Shown here: positions 10,510 through 22,515 of the stretch, one piece after another
Numbering within the stretch: position 1 is the stretch's first letter
Layout of the letters: each line of letters begins with the position of its first letter
Source: Octopus bimaculoides
Lineage: Eukaryota
NCBI RefSeq assembly: GCF_001194135.2
Contig: NC_068991.1
Span: 50,357,406-50,397,747, forward strand
Direction of reading: 5' to 3'
DNA length: 40,342 nt
Notes under the pieces: generated by a model
The model's input: only the letters and a program-made list of their open reading frames with translations
What the model was told of the DNA's origin: nothing
Databases searched by the model: none
Translations under genes and position numbers: made by a program

Positions 10510-11140
10510 GGATCTTTTTTAAAACGGGGGCCACATTTTTCATTAACGAAACACTTTGAAACTTGGAACACTGGTAGAATGTGTCATATAAAACATCTTT
10601 TTCTCTTAGTCTTCTTTAAAAAAAAAGAAATCCATAAGTTATTCCATGTTAAAGTTGTCGTATTTCTGTNNNNNNNNNNNNNNNNNNNNNNNNNNNNNNN
10701 NNNNNNNNNNNNNNNNNNNNNNNNNNNNNNNNNNNNNNNNNNNNNNNNNNNNNNNNNNNNNNNNNNNNNNNNNNNNNNNNNNNNNNNNNNNNNNNNNNNN
10801 CTGAAACAATTAACCCTAACCCTAACCCTAGGGTTAGGGTTAGGGTTAAAGCAAATTTAAAATGAAAAAAGCAAATAAAACGAAGGTATGGAGATTAAAT
10901 ACGCTTTACATCGCTTAATCAGCCAAAGGAGTAAATGTAAACAACTGAATACTTGTCAGTGATTGGTTGAAATTATCGAAATAAGACAATTTTTTTACAT
11001 GAAATAAATTCGAATACAAAAATATTTTTCTGTTCTATAACACAAAATAGATAAGTATACGAAGTTTGAAAGTCTTTCCGTACCAAAAACACTACGTAAA
11101 ACATTAATGAAAAATGTGGCCCCCGTTTTAAAATAGATCC
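10510..11140. mobile_element. MITE of the same GGATC family, nested inside a mariner
   Basis: 37-bp TIR GGATCT(T/A)TTTTAAAACGGGGGCCACATTTTTCATTAA with 1 mismatch; perfect 8-bp TSD AAAAGTTC (10502-10509 and 11141-11148). Confidence 0.92.
10810..10849. repeat. Perfect 40-bp palindrome of telomeric repeats (CCCTAA)3/(TTAGGG)3
   Basis: TTAACCCTAACCCTAACCCTAGGGTTAGGGTTAGGGTTAA equals its own reverse complement. Confidence 0.95.
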
Positions 11141-11852
11141 AAAAGTTCAAAGTGGACAAACTTTTCATATCCCATCAAACAGATAACACCTTACGTAGGT
11201 GAAGACCTTCTTTAGCTTGGATTACCGGTGTTTCTCCTTTTCCTACCCACTGTCTTCGGTGCTTGACATTTTATAGAGAACCCATTTCTTGTCACCAGTC
11301 ACTATTTGGTCAAAAAAAAGGTTCTTTGGTGAGACACGACAGCAAAGAAGAACACACATTCACTCTCTGATGCCATTAGACTCGGAAAGTTTGTGAGGAA
11401 CTCATTGACCCAATTTGTTGACTTTTCTGATGGCACGCAGGTGCCAATGTATGGTTGAATAACCAGTCTAGCTCTACACATCTTCCAGGACGAGGGTCAT
11501 CTTCTAGGCTGTGGTTTCCGGCTCGGAATTTCTGGAACTACCGTTGACACTGACTTACGCTTATTGTCTGATCCCCATATACTGCATGAGTATTCCGTGT
11601 GCTTTCCATTGCGTTGTTGCTTTTATTGAGCTCATATAGCAAAATATGCCGAATATGCCTTTGTCACTTTCATTATAGCTTTGAAAAATAACTGTTAAAA
11701 TTGAAATGCACTCTTCAAAACTTGCACTAAGAATAAATACAAGGTAAACTTACTACCTACTTTTACAGCAAGTTGATGCAGGTAGTTTATCTCGTCCCCT
11801 TCGACTTTTAGTTCATGCAATTGAAAAGACTGCACTATTTATGGGATGACCC

Positions 11853-11891
<39 letters not shown>

Positions 11892-12103
11892 ATTGGATGG
11901 TATTCATACACACGTATGTGAATGTGTCTGTGTATAGATATTGGGTGGATATTTCTTCTAAATTGACTGTTTATACTCCCATCATTTATAAATCCTAATA
12001 TTTATCTCGTTTCGTTGCTAATACTTTGTTTTGAATTACATCAATTAATTATTCAATTAGAGGTTGACTGGATCTTTCATGAAAACAACGAAGCTATTCA
12101 AGC

Positions 12104-13200
12104 TTGTGTTTTTTGCTGCTCATCCCCCCGCACGGGATGGAGGCAGAGATGCCTAATGCAGGCATAGAGAAAAGCAAAAGCTACACAGCAGTAGCTGGAG
12201 GAATGAATTTAACAAATGAAACGAAGTTCAAATTAAGAGAGGTAATTATCCCTATTGATAAACTAAGAAAATGCAAGAAGTATGCCGAAAAGGAGGGGGG
12301 CAAAGTAAAGCTGACCCCTCCTGAAGGTTTTTTAGCAGAAGTGGAAAAAAAATTGTTATATACAGGTCCTTCAACCTGAAGGAAAGGAAAATAGAAGTGG
12401 CGAAGGAAGAGAACATCGAAAGGTGCCTTTAGTGTATTAAGGAAAAGGTGACTTTTTATGCACTTGGAAGGAAATTCGGCACAGTGGAGGTGAGATTTGC
12501 CTGCACAGAAGAAGGAGTAAAGAAATCCACTGTACCTATAGGAAACGAGGAATGGCTGCTCCTGCCAACTTACCTAGGTAAAAGAATATCTAGGGTAAGA
12601 GTTGGCAAGATTCCTCCTGAGATGAAAGAAGAATGGATAACAACAGCTGTCCTATCCAGTACCAAAGAAGAACCCAGCATTGTGTCAGCAACAAGAATGC
12701 AGAAGCTACACTGATGGGGATACGGGCTTGAGTTATTAGTCAAGATAACTCAAGCTGATATGAACAAGATACCAGAGATAATTGAACTCCCAGACAAGAA
12801 GAAACTAAACGTTACAGTGGAGGGGAAACCCCTCACTTGCTATGGATGTGGCCAGAAGGGGCACATCAAAAAGAAGTGCTCCCAAAGCACAATTGAACCA
12901 AGAAAGGAGGAAGAAATCCCGTCAGAGCATGAGGATGCAGCAGAAACAGAAGAGAAAAGCAGAGTAGATCCAACTGACACCAAGGAAGAGTACACACAAG
13001 TTATTAGAAAAAGAGATAAGGGTGACTTGTCCCCTAAAGCTTCCAAAAAGAAGAAGCAAAATAACCAAAGAATAGCAGCAACATATCATAGCAAACAACG
13101 ACAGAAGAAAACAATAATAAAGAGACTTCCAGCAAGCAGTCAAAGGAAGAAGAGCGGACCATGAAATGGAAGGAAGAACATTTTATATTGTATAAAACAA
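12104..13200 (+). mobile_element. Degenerate gag-like ORF1 of a non-LTR retrotransposon with CCHC zinc knuckle
   Basis: Three consecutive broken ORFs; CYGCGQKGHIKKKC (C-x2-C-x4-H-x4-C); purine-rich plus strand; no downstream ORF2. Confidence 0.65.
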
Positions 13201-14214
13201 ATGAAGCAATTGAGAGGTTACTTTAGTGCCTGGTTCCACTGTCCTGGCAGGCAAATTCTATCCTATTTACTTTACCCTTTTTCTCTGTTACATCTCAGAC
13301 CCTCTGTACCACAAGCCCTTTCTTTCCCCTGGCATCATTATTGCTCCACTTCTTGGTGCTGTAGTTGCCAAATCCTAGCCATCATTGACAGACTACCTGA
13401 ACAATCTCTTGGTGTTTTCTGTAAACTTCCTGGAGCTTCCTTATTTTTTTTCAGCCCTTTATGGTTTTGTTGGTATGTCTAACATTCTCATCCTCAGTTA
13501 ACAGCAATGTAATGACTGACCTTACTTTAATGGCTTTCAATTCTTCCTCTACCAGTGGAATTTGTAATCAGAGTTTACTGTACAGATTGACTGAACTGTG
13601 AGTTGGTGGGGGACACCTCCAATACAGTCATGGTTAAGTTTGAATGGCCACTGTAGTTTGGGAATGATGCCAGACTGGAAGCACCACACTTTAAACCTCT
13701 TGAGTAACTGGGTATTGTCAACTGCCCTGAACCAGTTGTTTAGTTGGACCAGTGCCTTTGGTATGCTTGCTAACACACATGCATGCATGCATGCACAGAC
13801 ACACACACACACACACTTTAACAAGTTTTATTACTTGACTGTTGAAGTCTGTTACCTGTAACTGTCACAGTGGGATCATGTTTTTAATGAGTGTTTAATG
13901 AGAGCATTATTATTTCTCGTGTTGGAAATGATGTTAAATATATTTTGACTACAAAAACCATTCATTCTTTTATAATAATATTAGAAAACCATGCCTACTT
14001 TCTTGTGCAATATACATAAACAAAATGTATTATTCAAAGTTAGCTGTTCCAGTTTTTAACCTTTAGCTAGCTACAGTGCTAGATTAGATATTGTTCCTTA
14101 TGTTTATCCTGTTGCCTATAGACTTGCTACTAGTCATGCTAAGTAAATCGCTCTTATCTGATAAAATACCAACTTGAATTGAGTCAACAGAGGAACCCTG
14201 TGTGCTATATTATA

Positions 14215-14533
14215 TCATCACCATCATCATCATCATTTAATATCCAGTTTCCATGCTGGCATGAGTTGGACAGTTTGAGGTGAGCTGACATGCCATAGCA
14301 CTGAACCAAGCTCCATTTGTCTGTTCTGGCATGGTTTTTGTAGCTGGATGCCCTTCCTAATTCCAACCACTTTACTGAGTGTACTGGGTGTATTCTGTGT
14401 GGCAGCAGCATGGATATTTTTTATGTGACGCCAGCACAGATACTTTTTAGGGGATGCCAGCATGGGTGCTTTTGATGTGGCACCAGTACAGGTGCTTTTT
14501 ACACGGTGCCAACACAAGTGCTTTTTACATGTC
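14215..14533 (-). mobile_element. RTE 3'-tail fragment
   Basis: (CAT)n followed by TTTAATATCCAGTTTCCATGCTGGCATGAGTTGGAC...GCTGGATGCCCTTCCTAA, shared with the other RTE tails. Confidence 0.8.
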
Positions 14534-14699
14534 AAGACAATTAAGTGGCTGCCCTAATTATACAACCATTTATGTGAACAGCCAAAAAGACAATAAGAAG
14601 CAGAATATTTACTAAACAATGAAAATATTTAAATGAAATCTTCAAGAACTGCTACATAACAGAGAAGTTTTGTTCTGAAAACAATATCAGTTTAATGTA

Positions 14700-15998
14700 C
14701 AAGGTTATATCAAAAAGTTCCTGGACTAGCTCTGTAGCACATCAACAGATGGCAGCACATGGCTGCTTGCGCAGTGAGAGCTAGTAGTGACCTTCATGAG
14801 GTAGTGTACCATGTGACATCGCTGTGTTTACTTTACAAGTTGTGAAATTTGTGTTTTTGTGATCATGTGATTGCAGTAGTCTGCAATTTTGCCATGGACA
14901 GGAACAAAGAGCCAACATGAAATTTTGCATTAAACTTGGGAAATCTGCTACAGAGACATTAGAATGCTTCGGCAAGCTTACGGCATCAAGGCAATGGATT
15001 GTAAGCAATGTTTCTAGTGGCATGAGCTTTTCAAAAGAGGAAGAGTGTCCCTGGAAGACCTGCCACAAGTGTCACCTTTAGAAATGTGGTATTGTACATC
15101 AAGAATTTGTCCCCCAGGGCCAGACTGTCAGTCGAGAGTTCTACTGTGACATTTTGAAGTGTTTGAGGGAGACATTCTCAGTGAAAGCAACCAGATCTGT
15201 GGAGTGCAAACAGCAATGCCCCCTGTCACTGAGCTCTCCTCACTCATGAGTTTCTTGCCAAGATCAACATGGCATTGTTTTCACACCCACCCTATTCGCA
15301 GACTTCCATCTCTTCCTTAAGATGAAAATGTAGTTCAAAGGTTGCCATTTTAACACCATTGTTGAGATCAAGAGCGAATTGCAGAAGGTCTTCATCATCA
15401 TCATCATCATCGTCGTCGTTTAATGTCCGCTTTCCATGCTAGCATGGGTTGGACGATTTGACTGAGGATTGGTGAAACCAGATGGCTACACCAGGCTCCA
15501 ATCTGATTTGGCAGAGTTTCTACAGCTGGATGCCCTTCCTAACGCCAACCATTCCGAGAGTGTAGTGGGTGCTTTTTACGTGCCACCGGCACGAAGGCCT
15601 GTCAGGCGGTACTGGCAACGGCCACGCTCAAAATGGTGTATTTTATGTGCCACCCGCACAAGAGCCAGTCCAGGGGCACTGGCAACGATCTCGCTCGAAA
15701 GTCCTTACACATGCCGCAGGCACAAGTGCCAGAAAGGCGACACTGGGCACAGGTGCCATCACAATTTCGCTTTCACTTGCCCCAATAAGTCTTCGCAAGC
15801 TGAGTTTTGTGTCCAATGAGGGAGACTCAACTTACAGGAAACAACTTCCAGGCTGGATTCCAAAAGTGGCAGGAACACTGGGTCCAGTGTATTGCTGTGC
15901 AAGGTGACTATTTCAAAGGAGATGATGTTAAAACACTGGTAAATAAGTTACTTTTTATTAAACATAACTAGTCCTGGAACATTTTTGATACCACCTTG
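14700..15998 (+). mobile_element. Degenerate mariner transposon interrupted by an RTE 3' fragment
   Basis: TIR about 30 bp (CAAGGT..TATCAAAAA.GTTCC.GGACTAG) with TA flanks. Broken transposase pieces: EQRANMKFCIKLGKSATET, GIVHQEFVPQGQTV, HPPYS..DFHLF, FQKWQEHWVQCIAVQGDYF. Confidence 0.88.
15393..15824 (-). mobile_element. RTE 3'-tail fragment inserted in the mariner
   Basis: (CAT)n tail at 15393; high similarity to 28914-29450; the mariner reading frame resumes after about 15825. Confidence 0.88.
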
Positions 15999-16117
15999 TA
16001 TTTCAAAACCTTTCAAGTATTTATTCCCAAATGACTGCTTTGGCAGGATATCTATGCCTGGATGCACTTCTTAACACCATATATGTGGGGGGAGGGGGGG
16101 TAAAAGAGAGAGAGAGA

Positions 16118-16370
16118 GGGGCCACATGGCCTAGTGGTTAGGGTATTGCACTCATAATCATGAGATCAATTCCTAGACCAGGTGGTGTGTTGTGTTCTTG
16201 AACAAAATACTCACATTACTCTGCAATCACTTCAACACCTGACGTGTGATACATCATACATCTGTTCAGGCAATGTCGATTTGATGTGGGGTGTAAGCAA
16301 ATGTACAGCACATACATTTGATCACTATAGACAAATCATTTTGTGCAGGTCATTTGGCAAAAGGTGAATA
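16118..16370 (+). mobile_element. Degenerate tRNA-derived SINE with V/CORE-like domain
   Basis: A-box TGGCCTAGTGGTTAGG and GTGTTGTGTTCTTGAACAAAATAC motif shared with the copy at 27792. Confidence 0.6.
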
Positions 16371-16774
16371 CTCATACATCATCTTTGATGAAAGAGTCCT
16401 TTGTGTGTGTGTTTTTAAACCTTTATTCCCAAGCAGGTAAGGATATTAGAAGAATTACAAAGTGTGATGCCTTTGCCCTGTTTCCTTGATGAGCTATAAG
16501 TGAATCATGGAGCAGAGACATCTGGCGCAGATGAAGGATAGGTTTCATTATGTAAAAATAACATCCATGATCTAAGTAAATGTATTTTTGGTTGAACCAG
16601 TGAAAATTTTTCTCAAGAATGACCTCCATGCCACTAAATAGTTATGTTTTGATTTAATAGCATGAATGTTATCTAAAAACAGAGGAGATTGATTAATTAA
16701 TTGGTGCAATTAATTCAATTTAACTTATTTACTGAAATTTACTGTAGATTTTTTTTTCTTTTTTTAATTCACAG

Positions 16775-16940
16775 CAACAAGGTTACTTGGAACTAAGTCT
16801 GGTTTATATAGAACTATGACTATGGCAGCCACAGATTACCAATACGAAAACTTGAAAATCACTAAACCAAGTGAGTGGGTATTCCATGTAGAATTTAACC
16901 GACCTGACAAAAGAAATGCCATCAATCGAGCTTTATCAGA
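16775..16940 (+). CDS. ECH1: ECH1 coding exon (first firmly identified): [54 protein letters not shown]
   Basis: Long poly-T tract plus ACAG acceptor (AG 16773-16774); GTAAGT donor at 16941; in-frame ATGs at 16816 and 16822; crotonase N-terminal NRPxKRNA motif. Confidence 0.93.
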
Positions 16941-19900
16941 GTAAGTTTACTAATTTTGTATTGATTTAACTTACTATTTAATGTTCCAGTTGTTTAGAAT
17001 TAAAGTGAAGCTTTGCAACCTTGAAATCACGAATGCTGGTTAAAGTGATTGAGACCTTTGGCAATATACAAGGCTTGAGAAGACCTGTCAAGCCAAGTGA
17101 GATTGTAGTCGTAAAAGTACCCACTACACTCTTGGAGTGGTTGGTGTTAGGTAGATTATCCAGCTGTAGGAATCATGCCAAATCAGAATGAAGCCTGGTG
17201 CAGCTCCTCAGCTTACCAGTTTTCAGTCAAGCCATCCGACCCATGTCAGCATGGAAATCGGACATTAACTGATGATGATGAGGCAACATCTTTTATGGTG
17301 GAGTAGTTCATTTACATCATCGTCATCATCATCATCATTCAACATCCATTTTCCATGCTGGCATGGGTCGGACGATTTGACTGAAGCTGTTGAGGCCAAG
17401 GATTGCACCAGGCTCCATTGTCTGTTCTGGCATGGTTTCTATGGCTGGATGCTTTTGACATGGTACCAGCACCAATATCAACTTTGTTGTGGCAGATGGG
17501 TCTCCTTGAACACAGCAATTGTACCAGATATCTCACTCCTTAGTCATCTGCTATTAAATGTCTGTGTATGTTGAGTTTAATAAAGTATTAACTGTTGGGT
17601 ATTAAATCAGTGTTAATATGTTTAATGTAGTGAAGCAACAAGTTTTAATTTGTTAAAATTACACATACAATAAAGAGAAGAAATAATTAGTTAAATGATT
17701 AATTAATTCAAGTCAAAGAAGGTAGTGAAGGCAAACCCCAAATTTAAATGTAATAAAATAAATTAAAAACAGAATATGGACATGCAAGTTGGAGAGTAAG
17801 TTGTTTTCTCTTCGGTAGTGTGGGGACAATTCTGGACATGTTTCAGTTTTATTAGACCTTATCAGTAAAGTCTAGTCATAGCAATTATTGCTAGATCTTA
17901 AGATGACAAAAAGATATATAGAAGAATCTTAGTGAATGTACACTATTTGTCAAGCATCACATAAATCAGGGGTCTCCAATTTTAATGCACGAGTCAATAC
18001 ATCAACATACAAAGACCTATGTTGTATCTCCAAAACTAGATCTATCAGGGTAAAAACTAATAGTATATATTAGAATCAACATCTCAAATCTACTCAAGAA
18101 TTGATCTAAAGAATCCTGTAAAACCAGAATCTGTACATTTGCCAAGGTGAAGATGACAGAATTATCTCCCTTAAACTTATTGGTGGAAATATTAAACGAA
18201 ACTATAGAAACTTTGACTCATCTTCTTGCCACCAGGATGTTAACTCTCTGTATTCTAAGCTAACTGTCATCCAATTTTCACAGTGATAAAGATACAACCC
18301 CCACAAGATATGATAAAAAATTTTACTGATGCAATTTGTCACTTTCAGAGTTACATACAGAAAAAATTTGTGAGTTTGCATAAAAAAGACATACTAACGT
18401 TTTGAGATGGACTTTTCATGAGAGAGAAAAATATTTTTTTTTACTCTAAGATGAAGGGCCATTCTGGATGAGATATATCAGAAATGTTTAACAATGAGGG
18501 ATCCTTTCTGTTAAATATTTCCCTGCAAACTTTATCTTATATCTAAAACTAGGGATATGGAAGCCGTTAAACACTTCTACTTGATTTTAACTCCCAACCT
18601 GTGAATGAGCTACTAAATCAATATTTTTATTAATTATGCCATATTACCTTTGTGTTATGGGATAGTAATGCTTAACACAAAAACTGTCAAAGGTAGGAAA
18701 TATGCAGGGTTTGTTTGAATAAGCTAGAGGGTTGACAGGTAGGAGATAGATGAAGCTGCCTTCAAGGAACTGAAACAGAAAAACTGATTAAACACTGTAA
18801 AATAGATGAAGCTAATTGGCAATTATATTCCAATTTTGGGTGAGTGGAGAAAATATTGCTGGAAACGTTTGACTTTTATCACAGAGACGAACAAATATTT
18901 GTTGATTTCTAATGAGATGATGGAGAATTGAACATACAAAAATATACATAGGCGCAGGAGTGGCTATGTGGTAAGTAGCTTGCTTACCAACCACATGGTT
19001 CTGGGTTCAGTCCCACTGCGTGGCACCTTGGGCAAGTGTCTTCTACTATAGCCTCGGGCCGACCAAAGCCTTGTGAGTGGATTTGGTAGACGGAAACTGA
19101 AAGAAGTCTGTCGTATATATATATGTTTGTGTGTCTGTGTTTGTCCCCCCCCCCAACTTTGCTTGACAACCGATGCGGGTGTGTTCACGTCCCTGTAACT
19201 TAGCAGTTCGGCAAAAAGAGACCGATAGAATAAGTACTAGGCTCGACTAAAGGTGGTGCCCCAGCTTGGCCACGGTCAAATGACTGAAACAAGTAAAAGA
19301 GTAAGAGTATATTAGGTATAAATATTGTTACAATTATTTAGCTAAATTCAATTAAAGATAATTTTTCTTACTAATATAATGAACAAAGAAAATACTAAAC
19401 GTATACATATATATATTTATATATTTCTCTTGTAGAGATATTGTTTCTTCCTTCAAAAAGCTTTCCTATGATCCAGACTGCCGTGTTGTGGTTCTTAGCG
19501 GAGCAGGACGAACATTTACTTCAGGTTTGTTCATACTGGACTTATCAGTATTTTTAAAAATATTTTATCAGTATTAATGCCAGACCTTGTAGTAAACTGC
19601 CATGTTCATTGACCAAGAAATGATATTTCACCAGCACTACTAACATAAGACATAAACATCACAGACTCTCTTTCTCTTAGAAAATTTATGATAGTAAATT
19701 TATGATTTACTATCATAAACACAGGTGAGATCTTTCAAAATTTGACTCAAGCCCCTCACACCTGTTTCTCAAATGTTTTTCAGTTTTTATTTTATTCATT
19801 AGAGAACAGTTCTGATGATAGGTTTTGTTTTCCGTCAAACAACTATATGTATATTACTGTGGGAAAAACAAGAATCTAGCAAACACTTTTTTTTCTTGAC

Positions 19901-20331
19901 CATAACAAATCTCAATCATTAACACTTAATATGAAATCTTTTTTTTATTTTTCTTTAACTTTAAATAGATGTTTCATATCACTTCCATTACTAACAACTT
20001 CAAGAAAAGAAGTTTATTTCCAATTATTCAAATGTGAGGTTAGTCATGTGACCTGTTGTGTGTGAAATGCAATAAATAGAAACTGCTTAGTATTCTGCTG
20101 AATAGACAGTCTTGTCACATTTTGCCATGCTGATTCAAGAATTACATCAACCATTAATATGTAAAATTCTCTGCCACTTTCAATGAGGAAACCATTCTAT
20201 TGAGTAAACAAGTGGAAGATTTATCATCAAAATCAATGGCTGATCCATTTACACACATAGGATTGGTAATATATGTATGTACATACATACATACATGTGT
20301 GTGTATGCATGCATATCTACACATACACATA

Positions 20332-20376
<45 letters not shown>

Positions 20377-20681
20377 NNNNNNNNNNNNNNNNNNNNNNNN
20401 NNNNNNNNNNNNNNNNNNNNNNNNNNNNNNNNNNNNNNNNNNNNNNNNNNNNNNNNNNNNNNNNNNNNNNNNNNNNNNNNNNNNNNNNNNNNNNNNNNNN
20501 NNNNNNNNNNNNNNNNNNNNNNNNNNNNNNNNNNNNNNNNNNNNNNNNNNNNNNNNNNNNNNNNNNNNNNNNNNNNNNNNNNNNNNNNNNNNNNNNNNNN
20601 NNNGTGTCTTCTACTATAGCCTCGGGTCAACCAAAGCCTTGTGAGTGGATTTGGTAGATGAAAACTGAAAGAAGCCCGTCG

Positions 20682-20712
<31 letters not shown>

Positions 20713-22454
20713 ATATGTTTGCGTGTCTGTGTTTGTCCCCCCAACATCGCTTGACAACCGATGGTGGTGTGTTTACATCCCCGTAACTTAGCAGTTCGGC
20801 AAAAGACACCGATAGAATAAGTACTAGGCTTACAAAGAATAAGTCCTAGGGTCGATTTGCTCAACTAAAGGCAGTGCTCCAGCATGGTCGCAGTCAAATG
20901 ACTGAAACAAGTAAAAGAGTATATATATATGTATGGATGGATGGATATGCACACACACACACACACACATATCTTTCATTTTCATTCCTGTTTTTCCTTG
21001 CCACCATAGGTTAGTTGAATGTATTTCTGAAGCATTGTTTTTTACAGCCAGATTCTCTTCCCATCATTAACCCTTTTTCTGTTACAAATAAGGGAATCTC
21101 TTCCTTCACTCTTTTTCAAGGGTTACATAGTGAAGGTATGATTCCTTGACAACAGAAATTACAACAGCATCACCAGTTTCAGCTTGCAATATTCAGAGAA
21201 TCTGTAAACAAACACACTGATACATATACATTTACATACATATATTTATTTGCTTGTGTTAAGCAGCAGAAGAGTTAAGAGTGATCTTACTGATCGTGTA
21301 AAGCACTCATGGCGATGCCATATGAAAATGCCCATGTGGTGACATGTAAAAGCACCCATGCAGCATCGCGCAAAAGCGTCCATGCAGTGCCACATAAAAG
21401 CACCCATGCAGTGCTGCATAAAAGCATCCAGTACACTCTGTAAAGTGGTTGGTGTTAGGAAGGGCATCCAGCCATAGTAACCCTACCAAATCAGACGAGT
21501 CTGGTGCAGCCCACTGGCTTGTCAGCTCTGGTCACACCATCCAATCCATGATAGCATGGACAACAGATGTTAAATGATGATGTTAATGATGATGTGTGTG
21601 TGTGTATACTCTCATCCCTTTGATGAATGACAGTTCCTGACACAGGTGTAAAAAATGACCTTCACCCAATAGCTGCATGTGTGTATGATCAAACTGAAGA
21701 CTTCCAGTAGCACCCTCTAGCTGTTCCTGTTGCCACTGGATTTATGTGATGGTGTTGGCACCAATGTCTTGGCTTGCTGAACAATTTACATAACGAATAT
21801 TATTATTATTATTATTATTATTGAGTGAGAGAGCAGTGCATGCCATCAAAGTGACACTGGGGTAAAATATACAAAGCCCAATACACCCATCATGTCTACC
21901 CGTCTGATAAGGGTACACCAGGCACATGCATCACAACCATATGTGCGCGACATAGTGATCTCATATCAAGATAAATAGCACATGACCTTGCAGGTGGGGC
22001 CCAGTTAGAATTTTCTTCAGATCGAGTAGCCCATCCTGCTCAAAAGGTCCCTGAATAAGGTTTGTTTAAGGATGTTGAGCAAAACACNNNNNNNNNNNNN
22101 NNNNNNNNNNNNNNNNNNNNNNNNNNNNNNNNNNNNNNNNNNNNNNNNNNNNNNNNNNNNNNNNNNNNNNNNNNNNNNNNNNNNNNNNNNNNNNNNNNNN
22201 NNNNNNNNNNNNNNNNNNNNNNNNNNNNNNNNNNNNNNNNNNNNNNNNNNNNNNNNNNNNNNNNNNNNNNNNNNNNNNNNNNNNNNNNNNNNNNNNNNNN
22301 NNNNNNNNNNNNNNNNNNNNNNNNNNNNTCTGTGGTATTTAGCAGAATATTTGCTGTAGCCCATCTTTTTATACCAAGACAAAACAACGTACATGATAAC
22401 ACTTCCAATCAATTAAGATCAGAAACCATGAGAGCCACTGCCTGGTACTGCATC

Positions 22455-22515
<61 letters not shown>

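Larger units (their letters stand above)
10071..11852 (-). mobile_element. Degenerate mariner transposon interrupted by the GGATC MITE
   Basis: TIR about 29 bp ((C/G)GGTCATCCCATAAATA(A/G)TGCAGT) with TA flanks. Minus-strand fragment 10182-10472 encodes HHDNARPH, HPPYLPDIAPSDYHLF and LQNHLDGK, the mariner D,D34D catalytic region. Confidence 0.92.

Noticed and set aside
11707-11750. ATG...AAG|GTAAAC as ECH1 exon 1 (MHSSKLALRINT)
   Set aside because: It ends in phase 2 whereas the exon at 16775 needs phase 1, and it lies inside the mariner element.
13201-13861. ORFs at 13201-13482, 13549-13824 and 13598-13861 as host exons
   Set aside because: No recognisable domain, no consistent splice-phase link to ECH1, and part of the sequence is microsatellite.
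15469-15907. Apparently repeated protein family (ORFs at 15469, 15569, 28976 and 29011)
   Set aside because: These are antisense readings of the RTE 3' UTR; their similarity reflects repeat copies, not a gene family.
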